Shown here piece after piece: positions 27,146-36,666 of a stretch of 64,000 nucleotides of DNA. The notes beneath the pieces are model-generated. The model was not told where the DNA came from. It was given only the letters and a program-made list of their open reading frames with translations, and searched no databases. A program made the position numbers and the translations under genes. How positions within the stretch are numbered: position 1 is the stretch's first letter; each line of letters begins with the position of its first letter. This stretch comes from Candidatus Eiseniibacteriota bacterium (GTDB lineage: Bacteria; Eisenbacteria; RBG-16-71-46): positions 640,001 to 704,000 of the forward strand of contig CAVQXP010000004.1 of assembly GCA_963717935.1 (NCBI GenBank), in the 5' to 3' direction.

Positions 27146-28056
27146 ACGCCGATCTCGTCTGCCTCGGCAACCTCGTCGTGGACGACGTGGTGTTCCTCGA
27201 CGGCACGACGCGCATGGGCGAGCCGGGCGGCGCGATGCTCTACGCGGCGCTGGGCGCCGCGCTCTGGGAGACGGGCGTGGCCGTGGTGGCGCCGCTCGGC
27301 GACGACTACCCGGCCCGCGCGCTCCACGCGCTCGAGCACCGCGGCGTGGACCTCGAGGGCCTGCGCCCGCTGGGGCGTCCGGGGCTGCGCACCTGGCTGC
27401 TCTACGAGCCGGCGGCGCGCCGCATCGTGCACCGGCTGGGCGCGGCGAACCACGTGGAAGCTTCGCCCACCCCGGACGACGTCGCGGGCCGCTTCACCGA
27501 CGTGCTCGCCTTCCACCTTTCACCCACGCCGCTGGTCTGCCAGCGGCCGCTGCTCGAAGTCCTCTCGGCGCGCGCGGACGTACTGCTCTCGCTCGACCCG
27601 CACGACCCGGTGCGCGAGGACAACCTCGAGCGCTGGCGCGAGGCGCTGGCGCTCCTGGACGTCTTCTTCGTGAGCGAGGAGGAGCTGCAGCTGGCCGGGG
27701 TGGCGGACGATCCGCGGGGGGCGCTCGTGCGGCTCGCGGGCGGGCGGCTGCGCTACGCGCTGCTGAAACGCGGTGCGGCCGGCGGGTTGCTCTACGATGC
27801 CCGCACAGGGGAGACGCGCACCTGGGCGGCGCGCGCGGCGCAGGTGGTGGACCCGACAGGCGCCGGCGACGCGTTCGCGGGCGGGTTCCTCGCGGGCCTG
27901 CTCGCGGGCGAGGACGCCCCGGGTGCGCTCGAGCGGGGCGTGGTATCGGCGTCGTTCGCGCTCGAGGCGTGGGGTGCGGCAGGCCTGCTCGCGGCCACGC
28001 CGGCGGATGCGCGGTCGCGCCGCGCGGAATGGTTCGGCACGAGGATGGACACATGA
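27142..28056 (+). CDS. PfkB/ribokinase-family carbohydrate kinase
   Basis: N-terminal GG motif; LKRGAAGG; VVDPTGAGDAFAGGF signature. Confidence 0.9.
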   Translation: MNADLVCLGNLVVDDVVFLDGTTRMGEPGGAMLYAALGAALWETGVAVVAPLGDDYPARALHALEHRGVDLEGLRPLGRPGLRTWLLYEPAARRIVHRLGAANHVEASPTPDDVAGRFTDVLAFHLSPTPLVCQRPLLEVLSARADVLLSLDPHDPVREDNLERWREALALLDVFFVSEEELQLAGVADDPRGALVRLAGGRLRYALLKRGAAGGLLYDARTGETRTWAARAAQVVDPTGAGDAFAGGFLAGLLAGEDAPGALERGVVSASFALEAWGAAGLLAATPADARSRRAEWFGTRMDT

Positions 28057-28967
28057 ACGAACGGCTGGTGCTGTCCGAGGAGGTCGCTCTCGCGCTGCGC
28101 CGCCGCAAGCCGGTGGTGGCGCTCGAGACCACGCTGGTCACGCACGGCCTGCCGCACCCGCAGGGGCTCGAGGCCGCGCTGGAGCTGGAGGCGGTCGTGC
28201 GCGCGGCCGGCGCCACGCCGGCCACGGTCGGCATCCTCGACGGCGGGGTGCGCGTGGGGCTCGCGCGCGCGGAGCTGGAGCGCCTGGCGACCGCGCGCGA
28301 TGTCGCCAAGGTGAACCCCGGCAACCTCGCGGCCGTGGTCGCCTCGGGCGCTCCGGGCTCGACCACCGTGGCGGCGACGATGTTCGTCGCGGCGGAAGCC
28401 GGGATCCGCGTCTTCGCCACCGGCGGGATCGGCGGCGTGCACCGCGACGTGGCGGAGAGCGGCGACGTCTCGGCCGACCTCGTCGCGCTCGGACGTTTCC
28501 CGGTGGCGGTGGTGTGCGCGGGCGCCAAGGCGATCCTCGACCTGCCCCGGACGGTCGAGATGCTGGAGACGCTGGGCGTGCCGGTGCTCGGCTTCGGCAC
28601 GGACGAGTTCCCGGCCTTCTACCGGCGCGCGAGCGGCCAGCGCGTGGACCGGCGTTGTGATGCGGTGGACGAGCTGGCGCTCGTGGCGCGCGCGCACTGG
28701 GCGCTGGGCTTCCGGACCGGCGTGCTGGTCGTGAATCCCATCCCCGAGGCGGATGAGCTGCCGCGCGCCGCCTACGAGCAGGCGCTGGAGAGCGCGCTGG
28801 CCGAGGCCGCGGAGCGCGGCCTGCGCGGCCGCGAGGTCACGCCGTTCCTGCTCGACCGCCTGCGCGAGTTGACGGGCGGCGACACGGTGAAGGCCAACCT
28901 CGCGCTGCTGCGGAACAACGCGCGCGTGGCCGCGGAGCTGGCGCTGGCGCTGGCGCGGGAGGCTTGA
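28053..28967 (+). CDS. psuG: Pseudouridine-5'-phosphate glycosidase
   Basis: PVVALETT..THGLP.P, TTVAATM, FATGGIGGVHR, DVSADL, GAKAILD, VTPFLL, NNARVAA. Confidence 0.93.
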   Translation: MNERLVLSEEVALALRRRKPVVALETTLVTHGLPHPQGLEAALELEAVVRAAGATPATVGILDGGVRVGLARAELERLATARDVAKVNPGNLAAVVASGAPGSTTVAATMFVAAEAGIRVFATGGIGGVHRDVAESGDVSADLVALGRFPVAVVCAGAKAILDLPRTVEMLETLGVPVLGFGTDEFPAFYRRASGQRVDRRCDAVDELALVARAHWALGFRTGVLVVNPIPEADELPRAAYEQALESALAEAAERGLRGREVTPFLLDRLRELTGGDTVKANLALLRNNARVAAELALALAREA

Positions 28968-28974
28968 GGACGGC

Positions 28975-31278
28975 GTGAACGGGAACCCCGGCTCCGGCGG
29001 CGGCGAGCGCGTGGGCGAACCTGCCCGCCCGGGCGCCCCGCTGCGGTGGCTCGACCTGGTCCGCGGCCTTGCCATCGCCTGGATCTTCACCAACCACGCG
29101 GTGGAACGGGTCCTGGGCTTCCCCCTCATCGCGAACCCCGCGCCCGACTGGCCGCCGCTCCACGAGCGGATCGCGCAGTTGCGGCCGCTCGCGGGCCACG
29201 GGTTCTGGGACCTGCCGCTCAACCTGCTGCGCTATGTCGGCTGGTCGGGCGACCAGGGGGTCACGCTGTTCCTCATCGCCAGCGGCTTCGGACTGACCTG
29301 GGGGCTGCTGCGCCGGCACGGCCGGGACCGGCTCCCGCTCGGGGAGTTCTACGGGCGTCGCCTGCTGCGCATCTACCCGCAGTGGTGGGGCGCGCACCTG
29401 CTCTTCGCCGCGAGCGCGCTCCTCGTCGGCTGGGGCTTCTCCGCGACCTCGCCTTCCTTCTGGCTGAGCCTGCTGGGCATCCGCTTCACGCCGCGGCTGA
29501 TGTACGCCTTCTCGCCGGCGTGGTGGTACGTGGGGCTCATCCTCCAGCTCTACGCAGTCTACCCGCTGCTCTGGATGGGGCTGCGCCGGCGCGGGCCGGG
29601 CTGGCTGCTGGCGGTCGCGTGCGCGGCGGGCTTCGCGGCGCGGCTCGCGGGTCTGCTCCTCTTCCACGGCTACCTCGACGCCTGGCAGCGCGGCGCGGTC
29701 TTCATCACCCGGCTCCCGGAGTTCGTGCTGGGCATCGCGCTCGCGGCGTGGATGTCGCGCTCGCCCGAGACCGTGACCGCGGGCCTGCGCCGGCCGCGCA
29801 CGCTCCTCGTGGCGGTCGCGGTCTACGCGGCTGGCACCGCTCTCTCGCTCACGCTGGCCGGGATGGCGGTCGCGCCTTTCCTGCTCGGGGCGTCCGTGCT
29901 GGTGCTGCTCCACGCGCTCTTCACCGCCGGCCGTGCCTGGAGCGGACGCGCGGGGGAGCCACTGGCCTGGCTCGGCCGCCACTCGTACGCGATCTACCTC
30001 CTGCACGGTCCGCTCGTGCGGCGCCTGGTCCCCGCGGGGCTCGCGCACGGCTGGCAGCGCGCGGTCATCGGCGTGCTGGCAGCGCTGGCCGCCACGGCGC
30101 TGCTGAGCGTGCTGTTCGAATGGGCGGTGGGCCGGGTCGAGGCGCTGGCGGGCCGCGTGCGCGGACGCGCCCTGGCGCTGCGCGTGACCGCGGCCGCGAC
30201 GATCCTGCTCGCGCTCCTCGTGCTCGCCGAGGTCGTGTCGCGCCGCGTGGCGCCCCAGGAGCTCGGCGGCTGGGGCGAGCGCCCGTCGCTGGTACCCGAT
30301 CCGGTGGTGGGCTGGAAGCTCAAGCCCTCGAGCGAGACGCGGCTGCGCTGGGCGAGCTACGACTACCGGGTGAGCGCCAACGCGCTCGGCTTCCCGGGGC
30401 CGCTCTACCCGGTCACGAAGGCACCCGGGACGTACCGGATCCTCGTCACGGGCGATGCCTTCACGAGCGCGGAAGGCGTGAACACGGCCGACGCCTGGCC
30501 CCGCCTGCTCGAACGGGAGCTGACGGCGCGATGGGGCGCCGGCGCGCCGCGCGGTCCCGGCCGCAAGGTCGAGGTGCTCGATTTCGCCATCACGGGCTAC
30601 GGGCCCAACCAGTACGCCGCGGTCGTGAGGGCCTACGCGCCGGTCTACGGGCCCGACCTCATCCTGGTCGAGATGTTCGTCAACGACTACCAGGACGTGC
30701 TGGAGAGCGACTCCACGTTCCGTGCCTCGATCGGCTTCGGCCGGCCCTCGCCCGACAGCCGGGGCTCGGTCCTGCGCCTCGAGAACCTCGGGGCCCTGCT
30801 CCGGGTCGGGGTGAGGGAGCCGCTCCTCGAGTGGCTGCGCCACCGGCCGCGGCCCGCGGGCTACTTCCTTGGCGGCTTCCCGGCGCTCGAGCGCGGCCGT
30901 CCCGACCGCGACCACGCGCGGCAGCTGGTGGCGGGGCGCCTGGCCGCGATCCGGACGGTGGCGGACAGCCTCGGGGCCCGCGTGCTGATCGTGCTGGTCC
31001 CGGCTCCGGTCCAGGTCTCGGGCCCGCGGGAGCTGGCCTACCACCCGCGCGGCGTGGATCTGAGCGACACCACCCGATTCGACCCCGAAGGCCCGGGCCG
31101 CGCGACGCGCGCGATCGCCGATTCCCTGGGCCTCGCCTGCCTCGACCTGCGCCCGGCGCTCGCGCGGGCGCAGGGGGGGCGCCCCTACCAGCGCCACAAC
31201 ATGCACTGGACCTTGAGCGGGCACCGCGCGGTCGCGGCCTGGCTGGCGGACACGCTGGCCAGCGGAAGCATCCGCTGA
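28975..31278 (+). CDS. Acyltransferase_3 (OafA-like) fused to an SGNH/AlgX-like periplasmic domain
   Basis: LDLVRGLA, GVTLFLIASGF, RRLLRIYP, SYAIYLLH; C-terminal GDAFT, GYGPNQY, NDY, MHWT..GH. Confidence 0.82.
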   Translation: MNGNPGSGGGERVGEPARPGAPLRWLDLVRGLAIAWIFTNHAVERVLGFPLIANPAPDWPPLHERIAQLRPLAGHGFWDLPLNLLRYVGWSGDQGVTLFLIASGFGLTWGLLRRHGRDRLPLGEFYGRRLLRIYPQWWGAHLLFAASALLVGWGFSATSPSFWLSLLGIRFTPRLMYAFSPAWWYVGLILQLYAVYPLLWMGLRRRGPGWLLAVACAAGFAARLAGLLLFHGYLDAWQRGAVFITRLPEFVLGIALAAWMSRSPETVTAGLRRPRTLLVAVAVYAAGTALSLTLAGMAVAPFLLGASVLVLLHALFTAGRAWSGRAGEPLAWLGRHSYAIYLLHGPLVRRLVPAGLAHGWQRAVIGVLAALAATALLSVLFEWAVGRVEALAGRVRGRALALRVTAAATILLALLVLAEVVSRRVAPQELGGWGERPSLVPDPVVGWKLKPSSETRLRWASYDYRVSANALGFPGPLYPVTKAPGTYRILVTGDAFTSAEGVNTADAWPRLLERELTARWGAGAPRGPGRKVEVLDFAITGYGPNQYAAVVRAYAPVYGPDLILVEMFVNDYQDVLESDSTFRASIGFGRPSPDSRGSVLRLENLGALLRVGVREPLLEWLRHRPRPAGYFLGGFPALERGRPDRDHARQLVAGRLAAIRTVADSLGARVLIVLVPAPVQVSGPRELAYHPRGVDLSDTTRFDPEGPGRATRAIADSLGLACLDLRPALARAQGGRPYQRHNMHWTLSGHRAVAAWLADTLASGSIR

Positions 31279-31279
31279 C

Positions 31280-32134
31280 GTGGAGATGTCCCCCGCGCTG
31301 TCCGCGGCGCTTCGTTACACGGGCTCGGCGGCGGCCGCGACCGCGGCCCAGCTCGCGTTGCTGCTGGGCCCGGGGCTCGTGCTCGCCGCGCTCCTGCACG
31401 CGCTCTCGGGCTTCGTGGCCCGGCGGACGACCCGCACCCTGGGTGGCGCCGCGTACCTGCTCTTCGGCTGGCTGGGGACCGCGGTGCACGAGACCGGCCA
31501 TGCGCTCTTCTGCCTGCTGTTCGGCCACCGCATCACGGGCATCAAGCTGTTCGACTTCGCCCCGCGTGACGGCACCCGCGGCCACGTGAGCCACACCTTC
31601 GATCCCGCGAACCCGTGGCAGCAGGCCGGCAATTTCTTCATCGGCATCGGACCGATCCTCTTCGGGACCCTGGTGATCGTCGTGGCCGCGCGCGGGTTGC
31701 TGGGCGCGGAGGCGCTCGGGCGGATGACGGAGCCGCTGCCGGGTGGCGGACTCGTGCGCTCGGCCGGCGACGGGCTGGCACTGGCGGGCCACGTCGCCGC
31801 CGGCGCGGGCGCGGCGCTCGCCTCGCTTCTCCACCCGCACCGCCTGCTCGAGTGGAGGGCGTGGCTCTTCCTCTACCTGACCTTCGCGGTCGGCAGCTCG
31901 ATCTCCCTGAGCGGGGCCGACCTCAAGGGAGCGCTTGCCGGTTTCGCCACGCTCGTGCTCCTCGCGCTGCTCGCGAACCTCGCGACGCTCTGGCTGGGCG
32001 ACGTGCTCGGGGCCGGCGTGGCCTGGCTCGCACGCTGGCAGGTGGTCGGCTACGCGGCGATGCTGTTCGCGCTGCTCGTGAACGCGCTGGCCGCGCTGAT
32101 CGCGCTCGCGATCCCGGGACCGGCCTCGCGCTAG
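31280..32134 (+). CDS. Membrane zinc metallopeptidase-like protein (M50-like)
   Basis: GTAVHETGHALFC (HExxH) within a TM region; FFIGIGP; S.AD motif. Confidence 0.65.
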   Translation: MEMSPALSAALRYTGSAAAATAAQLALLLGPGLVLAALLHALSGFVARRTTRTLGGAAYLLFGWLGTAVHETGHALFCLLFGHRITGIKLFDFAPRDGTRGHVSHTFDPANPWQQAGNFFIGIGPILFGTLVIVVAARGLLGAEALGRMTEPLPGGGLVRSAGDGLALAGHVAAGAGAALASLLHPHRLLEWRAWLFLYLTFAVGSSISLSGADLKGALAGFATLVLLALLANLATLWLGDVLGAGVAWLARWQVVGYAAMLFALLVNALAALIALAIPGPASR

Positions 32135-32206
32135 TCCGGGGCGGCCGCGCTCGCGCACCCGTTCGACCGCGTTCGTGCGAATCGGGCACGCCGACGGGGG
32201 GGGCAT

Positions 32207-32236
32207 GACAACCCCACGGGCCCGGGCGCCGTCGTA
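32207..32236 (+). promoter_or_regulatory. Candidate ECF-sigma promoter (AAC-N17-CGTC)
   Basis: gacaac, 17 bp, cgtcgta upstream of DUF5916 copy 1. Confidence 0.4.
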
Positions 32237-32281
32237 TCACGCGTGAGCCGCATCCATCCCGCGTTCCCCGAGGGCCAAGTC

Positions 32282-34933
32282 ATGTGCCGCGTCCCCACCT
32301 TGATGTTCCTCTGCCTCCTGACCGCGTTCGGGACGGCGTCCGCCCGGATCCAACCCAACTCCGGCGACTCCCTGCCGCCCATCCGGGCCGCGCGGCTCGC
32401 GTCGCCGGTCACGATCGACGGTGCGCTCACGGAGGCGGCCTGGCAGGGCGCGCCCTCCTCGACGCAGCTCGTGCAGGGCGACCCGGTCGAGGGCGTCGCT
32501 CCGAGCGAGAGCACCTGGGTGTGGCTGGCCTTCGACGAGAACGCGCTCTACGTCGGCGCGCGCATGTGGGACGCCCACCCGGATTCCATCATCGCCAACC
32601 TGGTGCGCCGGGACGGCTTCGTCGCCTCGGACCGGTTCCTGCTGCTGCTCGACCCGTACCACGACCACCGCAGCGGCTACTACTTCAGCGTCAACGCCGC
32701 CGGCGTGCTGCGTGACGGGACGCTCCTGAACGACGTGTGGAGCGACGAGTACTGGGACGGCGTCTGGGAGGGCCGGGCGCGGCGGGACGACAAGGGCTGG
32801 ACCTGCGAGATGAGGATCCCGTTCTCGCAGATGCGCTACCGCGCCGGCGTGGAGCAGATCTGGGGCGTCAACCTGCGCCGCCGGCTCGAGCGCCACAGCG
32901 AGGAGCACTACTCCGTCTACATGCCGAAGGACGGGAGCGGCTACGTCTCGCGCTTCCCGCACCTCGTGGGCCTGCAGAACGGGCACCATTCGCGCTCGAT
33001 CGAGCTCGTGCCCTACTCGACGGGCAAGGCCGAGTACCTGGCGCACGACGCCGGCGACCCCTTCCGCGACGGCGGGCGCTACACGCCGGCGATGGGCGTC
33101 GACCTGCGCACGGGCGTGGGCAACAACCTGACCCTCAACGCCACGGTGAACCCCGATTTCGGCCAGGTCGAGGTGGACCCGGCGGTCGTGAACCTGTCCG
33201 ACGTCGAGTCCTACTTCGGCGAGAAGCGTCCGTTCTTCACCGAGAACTCCAACGTCTTCAACAACTTCGGCCAGGAGGGCAGCTCGAACTACTGGGGCTT
33301 CAACTGGTCGGGACCCAGGTTCTTCTACACCCGCCGGATCGGACGCAGCCCGCAGGGCGCGGTGCCCGGCGGGGCCGAGTTCAGCGACGTGCCGATGGCG
33401 ACGCACATCCTCGGCGCGGCGAAGCTCACGGGGAAGCTCGCGCCGAGTCTCAGTTTCGGCATGCTGAACGCGCTGACCTCCCGCGAGGACGCGAAGTACG
33501 CGCTGGGCGGGCTCGAGTCGGAAGCCCCGGTGGAGCCGCTCACGTACTACGGCGTGACCCGGGGGCTCAAAGAGTTCAAGGGTGGCGCCAACGGCCTGGG
33601 GGCGATGGCCACGCTGGTTCAGCGGCGCTTCGACGGCGGCGGCCTCGAGGACGCACTCAACCGCCAGTCGCTGATGGCCGGCCTCGACGGCTGGCACTTC
33701 CTCGACAAGGAGCGGGTGTGGGTGGTCTCCGGCTGGGCGGGGCTGTCCCGCGTGGCGGGGACCCGGCAGCGGATGATCGATCTGCAGCGCGACTCGCGGC
33801 ACTACCTGCAACGCCCGGACGTGGACTACCTCGGCGTGGACAGCAGCGCCACCTCGCTCACGGGCTGGGGCGGACGACTGACGCTCAACAAGCAGAAGGG
33901 GAACGTGCTCTCGAACTCGGCGATCGGCGTGCTGAGCCCGAAGTTCGACGTGAGCGATGTCGGGTATCTCTCCCGCACGGACGTCATCAACCTGCACTCG
34001 GGCCTGGGCTACAAGTGGACGAAGCCCAACCGCTGGCGCCGCTACGCGGACGTGATCGGCGCCGTCTTCCAGACCCGCGACTTCGGCGGGGTCCCCGTCT
34101 GGGAAGGCCTCTGGGGCACGGCCGAGGTCACCTTCGCGAACAGCTGGTACGCCAGCGTGAGCGGCGCGTGGAACCCGCCCATGGTGAACGACCGGTGGAC
34201 GCGCGGCGGGCCGCGCATGCGCACCCTGAACCAGGGCGAGTCGAGCCTCACTCTCGTGACCGACAGCAAGAATCGGTTCTACTACGAGTTCGGTGCCTCC
34301 TACAGCGGGTCCACCGATGGCAATTCGCACGGCGTGTCGCTCAACCCGTGCGTGGTGTGGAAGCCGGCTTCGAACTTCTCCCTCTCCGTCGGGCCGGGCT
34401 ACGACCACTACATCGAGGACGCCCAGTACGTGAAGCAGGTCCTGGCGCCGGGCGAAGTGCCCATCGACTTCGGCGAACGGCGCTACGTCTTCGCGCGGCT
34501 CGACCAGCAGACCGTCTCGGCGAACATCCGCCTCGACCTCTCGTTCACGCCGAACCTCTCGCTGCAGACCTATCTGCAGCCGCTCATCTCGGCCGGAAGT
34601 TACGACGACTTCAAGGAGCTGGCCCGGGCGAACTCGTATTCCTTCGTCCACTATGGCGCGGCCTACGACCCCGCGACGGGCGTGGTGACGCCCGCGGGTG
34701 GCACGCCGTTCGCGCTGATCGACCCCTCGTTCAACTACAAGTCGCTCCGCGGGAACGCGGTGCTGCGCTGGGAGTACCGGCCCGGTTCGGTGCTGTACTT
34801 CGTCTGGACGCAGGAGCGCACCGACAGCCAGGACTACGGAGAGCTGAACTTCGGTCCGTCCACGCGGCGGCTGTTCGACGCGCAGGCGAACGACATCTTC
34901 CTGGTGAAGGCGACGTACTACCTGAACCTGTAG
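32282..34933 (+). CDS. Exported CBM9-like + DUF5916 outer-membrane protein, paralog 1
   Basis: Signal peptide; IDGAL.E..W, WDGVW, E.RIPFSQ.R, WG.N; NPDFGQVE.D, EKRPFF.E; ends RWEYRPGS...FLVKATYYLNL. Confidence 0.82.
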   Translation: MCRVPTLMFLCLLTAFGTASARIQPNSGDSLPPIRAARLASPVTIDGALTEAAWQGAPSSTQLVQGDPVEGVAPSESTWVWLAFDENALYVGARMWDAHPDSIIANLVRRDGFVASDRFLLLLDPYHDHRSGYYFSVNAAGVLRDGTLLNDVWSDEYWDGVWEGRARRDDKGWTCEMRIPFSQMRYRAGVEQIWGVNLRRRLERHSEEHYSVYMPKDGSGYVSRFPHLVGLQNGHHSRSIELVPYSTGKAEYLAHDAGDPFRDGGRYTPAMGVDLRTGVGNNLTLNATVNPDFGQVEVDPAVVNLSDVESYFGEKRPFFTENSNVFNNFGQEGSSNYWGFNWSGPRFFYTRRIGRSPQGAVPGGAEFSDVPMATHILGAAKLTGKLAPSLSFGMLNALTSREDAKYALGGLESEAPVEPLTYYGVTRGLKEFKGGANGLGAMATLVQRRFDGGGLEDALNRQSLMAGLDGWHFLDKERVWVVSGWAGLSRVAGTRQRMIDLQRDSRHYLQRPDVDYLGVDSSATSLTGWGGRLTLNKQKGNVLSNSAIGVLSPKFDVSDVGYLSRTDVINLHSGLGYKWTKPNRWRRYADVIGAVFQTRDFGGVPVWEGLWGTAEVTFANSWYASVSGAWNPPMVNDRWTRGGPRMRTLNQGESSLTLVTDSKNRFYYEFGASYSGSTDGNSHGVSLNPCVVWKPASNFSLSVGPGYDHYIEDAQYVKQVLAPGEVPIDFGERRYVFARLDQQTVSANIRLDLSFTPNLSLQTYLQPLISAGSYDDFKELARANSYSFVHYGAAYDPATGVVTPAGGTPFALIDPSFNYKSLRGNAVLRWEYRPGSVLYFVWTQERTDSQDYGELNFGPSTRRLFDAQANDIFLVKATYYLNL

Positions 34934-34977
34934 TCGGACGTGCCCGCCGCGCGGAAGACCCGGCGCCGTCCATGCGG

Positions 34978-35004
34978 GCAACATCTTGCCCCCCCGGGTC
35001 GTAG
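34978..35004 (+). promoter_or_regulatory. Candidate ECF-sigma promoter (GCAAC-N17-CGTAG)
   Basis: Upstream of the S41 peptidase gene. Confidence 0.45.
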
Positions 35005-35090
35005 GTGGGGGGGGGCTCGTGCCGCCGACCAGGGTTCCGGCCGGGACCCGCGGTGGCCCCGCGACTCCGCTCACGCCAGGAGGTGCGAAC

Positions 35091-36461
35091 ATGAAGTCGA
35101 TGCAGGGGAAGATCCTCATCAACATGCTCCTCGCCGTGCTGGCCGCCGGTGCAGTCCTGGTTCCCGCGGCTTCGGCCCAGCCCGGAGTCGCCCGGCCCGG
35201 CCAGCTCCCGGCCATCGACGCCATGGTCCAGGCCGCCATCGTCGACAGCGTCACCGCCACGATCGACTCGGTCTACGTCATCGGTGAGGGCGCACAGAGG
35301 ATCGTCGCCTTCCTGCGGCGGCAGCTGGCCGAGGGCGCCTACCGGAACCTGACCGACCCGGCCGAGTTCGCCACGCGGCTCGAGGCCGACGCCCAGGCGA
35401 CCCACCACGATGGCCACTTCGCCATCCGGGCGATGCAGCCCCTGCCTCCCGGGCGCGCCGAGCGGGTCGCGGACCCCCGCGACGACGAGCGCGCGCAGCG
35501 TTCCCTGCGCGAGCGCAACTTCGGATTCCAAAAGGTCGAGCTGCTGTCCGGCAACATCGGCTACCTGAAGCTGAACCAGTTCGCCGACACGGACGTGGCG
35601 GCCGGGACCGCCATCGCGGCCATGAACTTCCTGGCCGACGCCGGGGCGCTGATCATCGACCTGCGCGAGAACGGTGGCGGCAACGCCTCGATGATCCGCC
35701 TGCTGGCCACGTACCTGTTCAAGGACCAGGTCCATCTGATCAACTGGTACGAGCGCGTCCACGACGAGACCGTCCAGTCCCGGACCCTGGACTACGTCCC
35801 CGGCCGCCGCCTGGCCGAGGTGCCGGTCTACGTGCTCACCAGCCGCAACACGTTCTCCGCCGCGGAGGAGTTCACCTTCGATCTGAAGAACCTGAAGCGG
35901 GCCACGATCGTGGGGGACACCACCGGCGGTGGCGGACACACGGTCAGCGCCCAGGCCTTCGACTTCAAGACCTTCCGCATCGGGCTCCGGGTGCCCTACG
36001 GGCGCGCCTACGACCCGAAGACCGGCAAGGGCTGGGAAGGGGTCGGGGTCATCCCGGACCTCGCCGTGCCGAGCGCGCAGGCCCTGCAGGCCGCCCACCG
36101 GGCCGCGCTGCAGGCCCGGGTCGCTGCGGAGAAGGACCCGGACGCCCGGCTCGCCCTCGAGTGGCCGCTGCTGGGCCTCGACAGCCGGCTCAACCCCACT
36201 CGACTCTCTCTGCGGCAGCTGAGGCAGTACGTCGGGGTGTTCGGTCCCCGGCGCATCACGCTCGACGGCGGCGACCTCTACTACCAGCGCGAGGACCGTC
36301 CCCGTCTCAAGCTGGAGCCCATGGGCGCGGATCTGTTCCGGGTGGGGGACCTGGAGTACTTCAGACTGCGGTTCGATCGTGACCCGGCCGGCCGGATCGT
36401 CAAGGTGGTCGGCCTCTACGACGACGGCCGTCAGGACGAGAACGGGCGTTCGAAGGGCTGA
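35091..36461 (+). CDS. S41 family peptidase (IRBP/Tsp-like), exported
   Basis: NIGYLKL, LIIDLRENGGG, TFSAAEEF, IVGDTTGGG, WEGVGVIPD; signal peptide; GGAGG RBS. Confidence 0.9.
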   Translation: MKSMQGKILINMLLAVLAAGAVLVPAASAQPGVARPGQLPAIDAMVQAAIVDSVTATIDSVYVIGEGAQRIVAFLRRQLAEGAYRNLTDPAEFATRLEADAQATHHDGHFAIRAMQPLPPGRAERVADPRDDERAQRSLRERNFGFQKVELLSGNIGYLKLNQFADTDVAAGTAIAAMNFLADAGALIIDLRENGGGNASMIRLLATYLFKDQVHLINWYERVHDETVQSRTLDYVPGRRLAEVPVYVLTSRNTFSAAEEFTFDLKNLKRATIVGDTTGGGGHTVSAQAFDFKTFRIGLRVPYGRAYDPKTGKGWEGVGVIPDLAVPSAQALQAAHRAALQARVAAEKDPDARLALEWPLLGLDSRLNPTRLSLRQLRQYVGVFGPRRITLDGGDLYYQREDRPRLKLEPMGADLFRVGDLEYFRLRFDRDPAGRIVKVVGLYDDGRQDENGRSKG

Positions 36462-36666
36462 CGCCGCGGCCCAGGCCGTGGGCTCGCCGGGGCGCGGCGT
36501 CGGGCTGGCCCCTCGCCGCGCTCGTGCCTCCGGGAACCGGGTTCGTCAGCGGGCCGCCGCGATGGCCGGACTCCTTGACACGACGGGCCGGTCGGTCGGC
36601 GAACCTGATGGTCGTGCGACGCCCGGCGACCGGGACCGTTCCTTCCGACCCCGAGGACCCTCCGAC

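Noticed and set aside
27447..27461. Additional parS-like CACGTG cores (27447, 20853, 3971)
   Set aside because: Three or more mismatches in the arms; explained by codon usage
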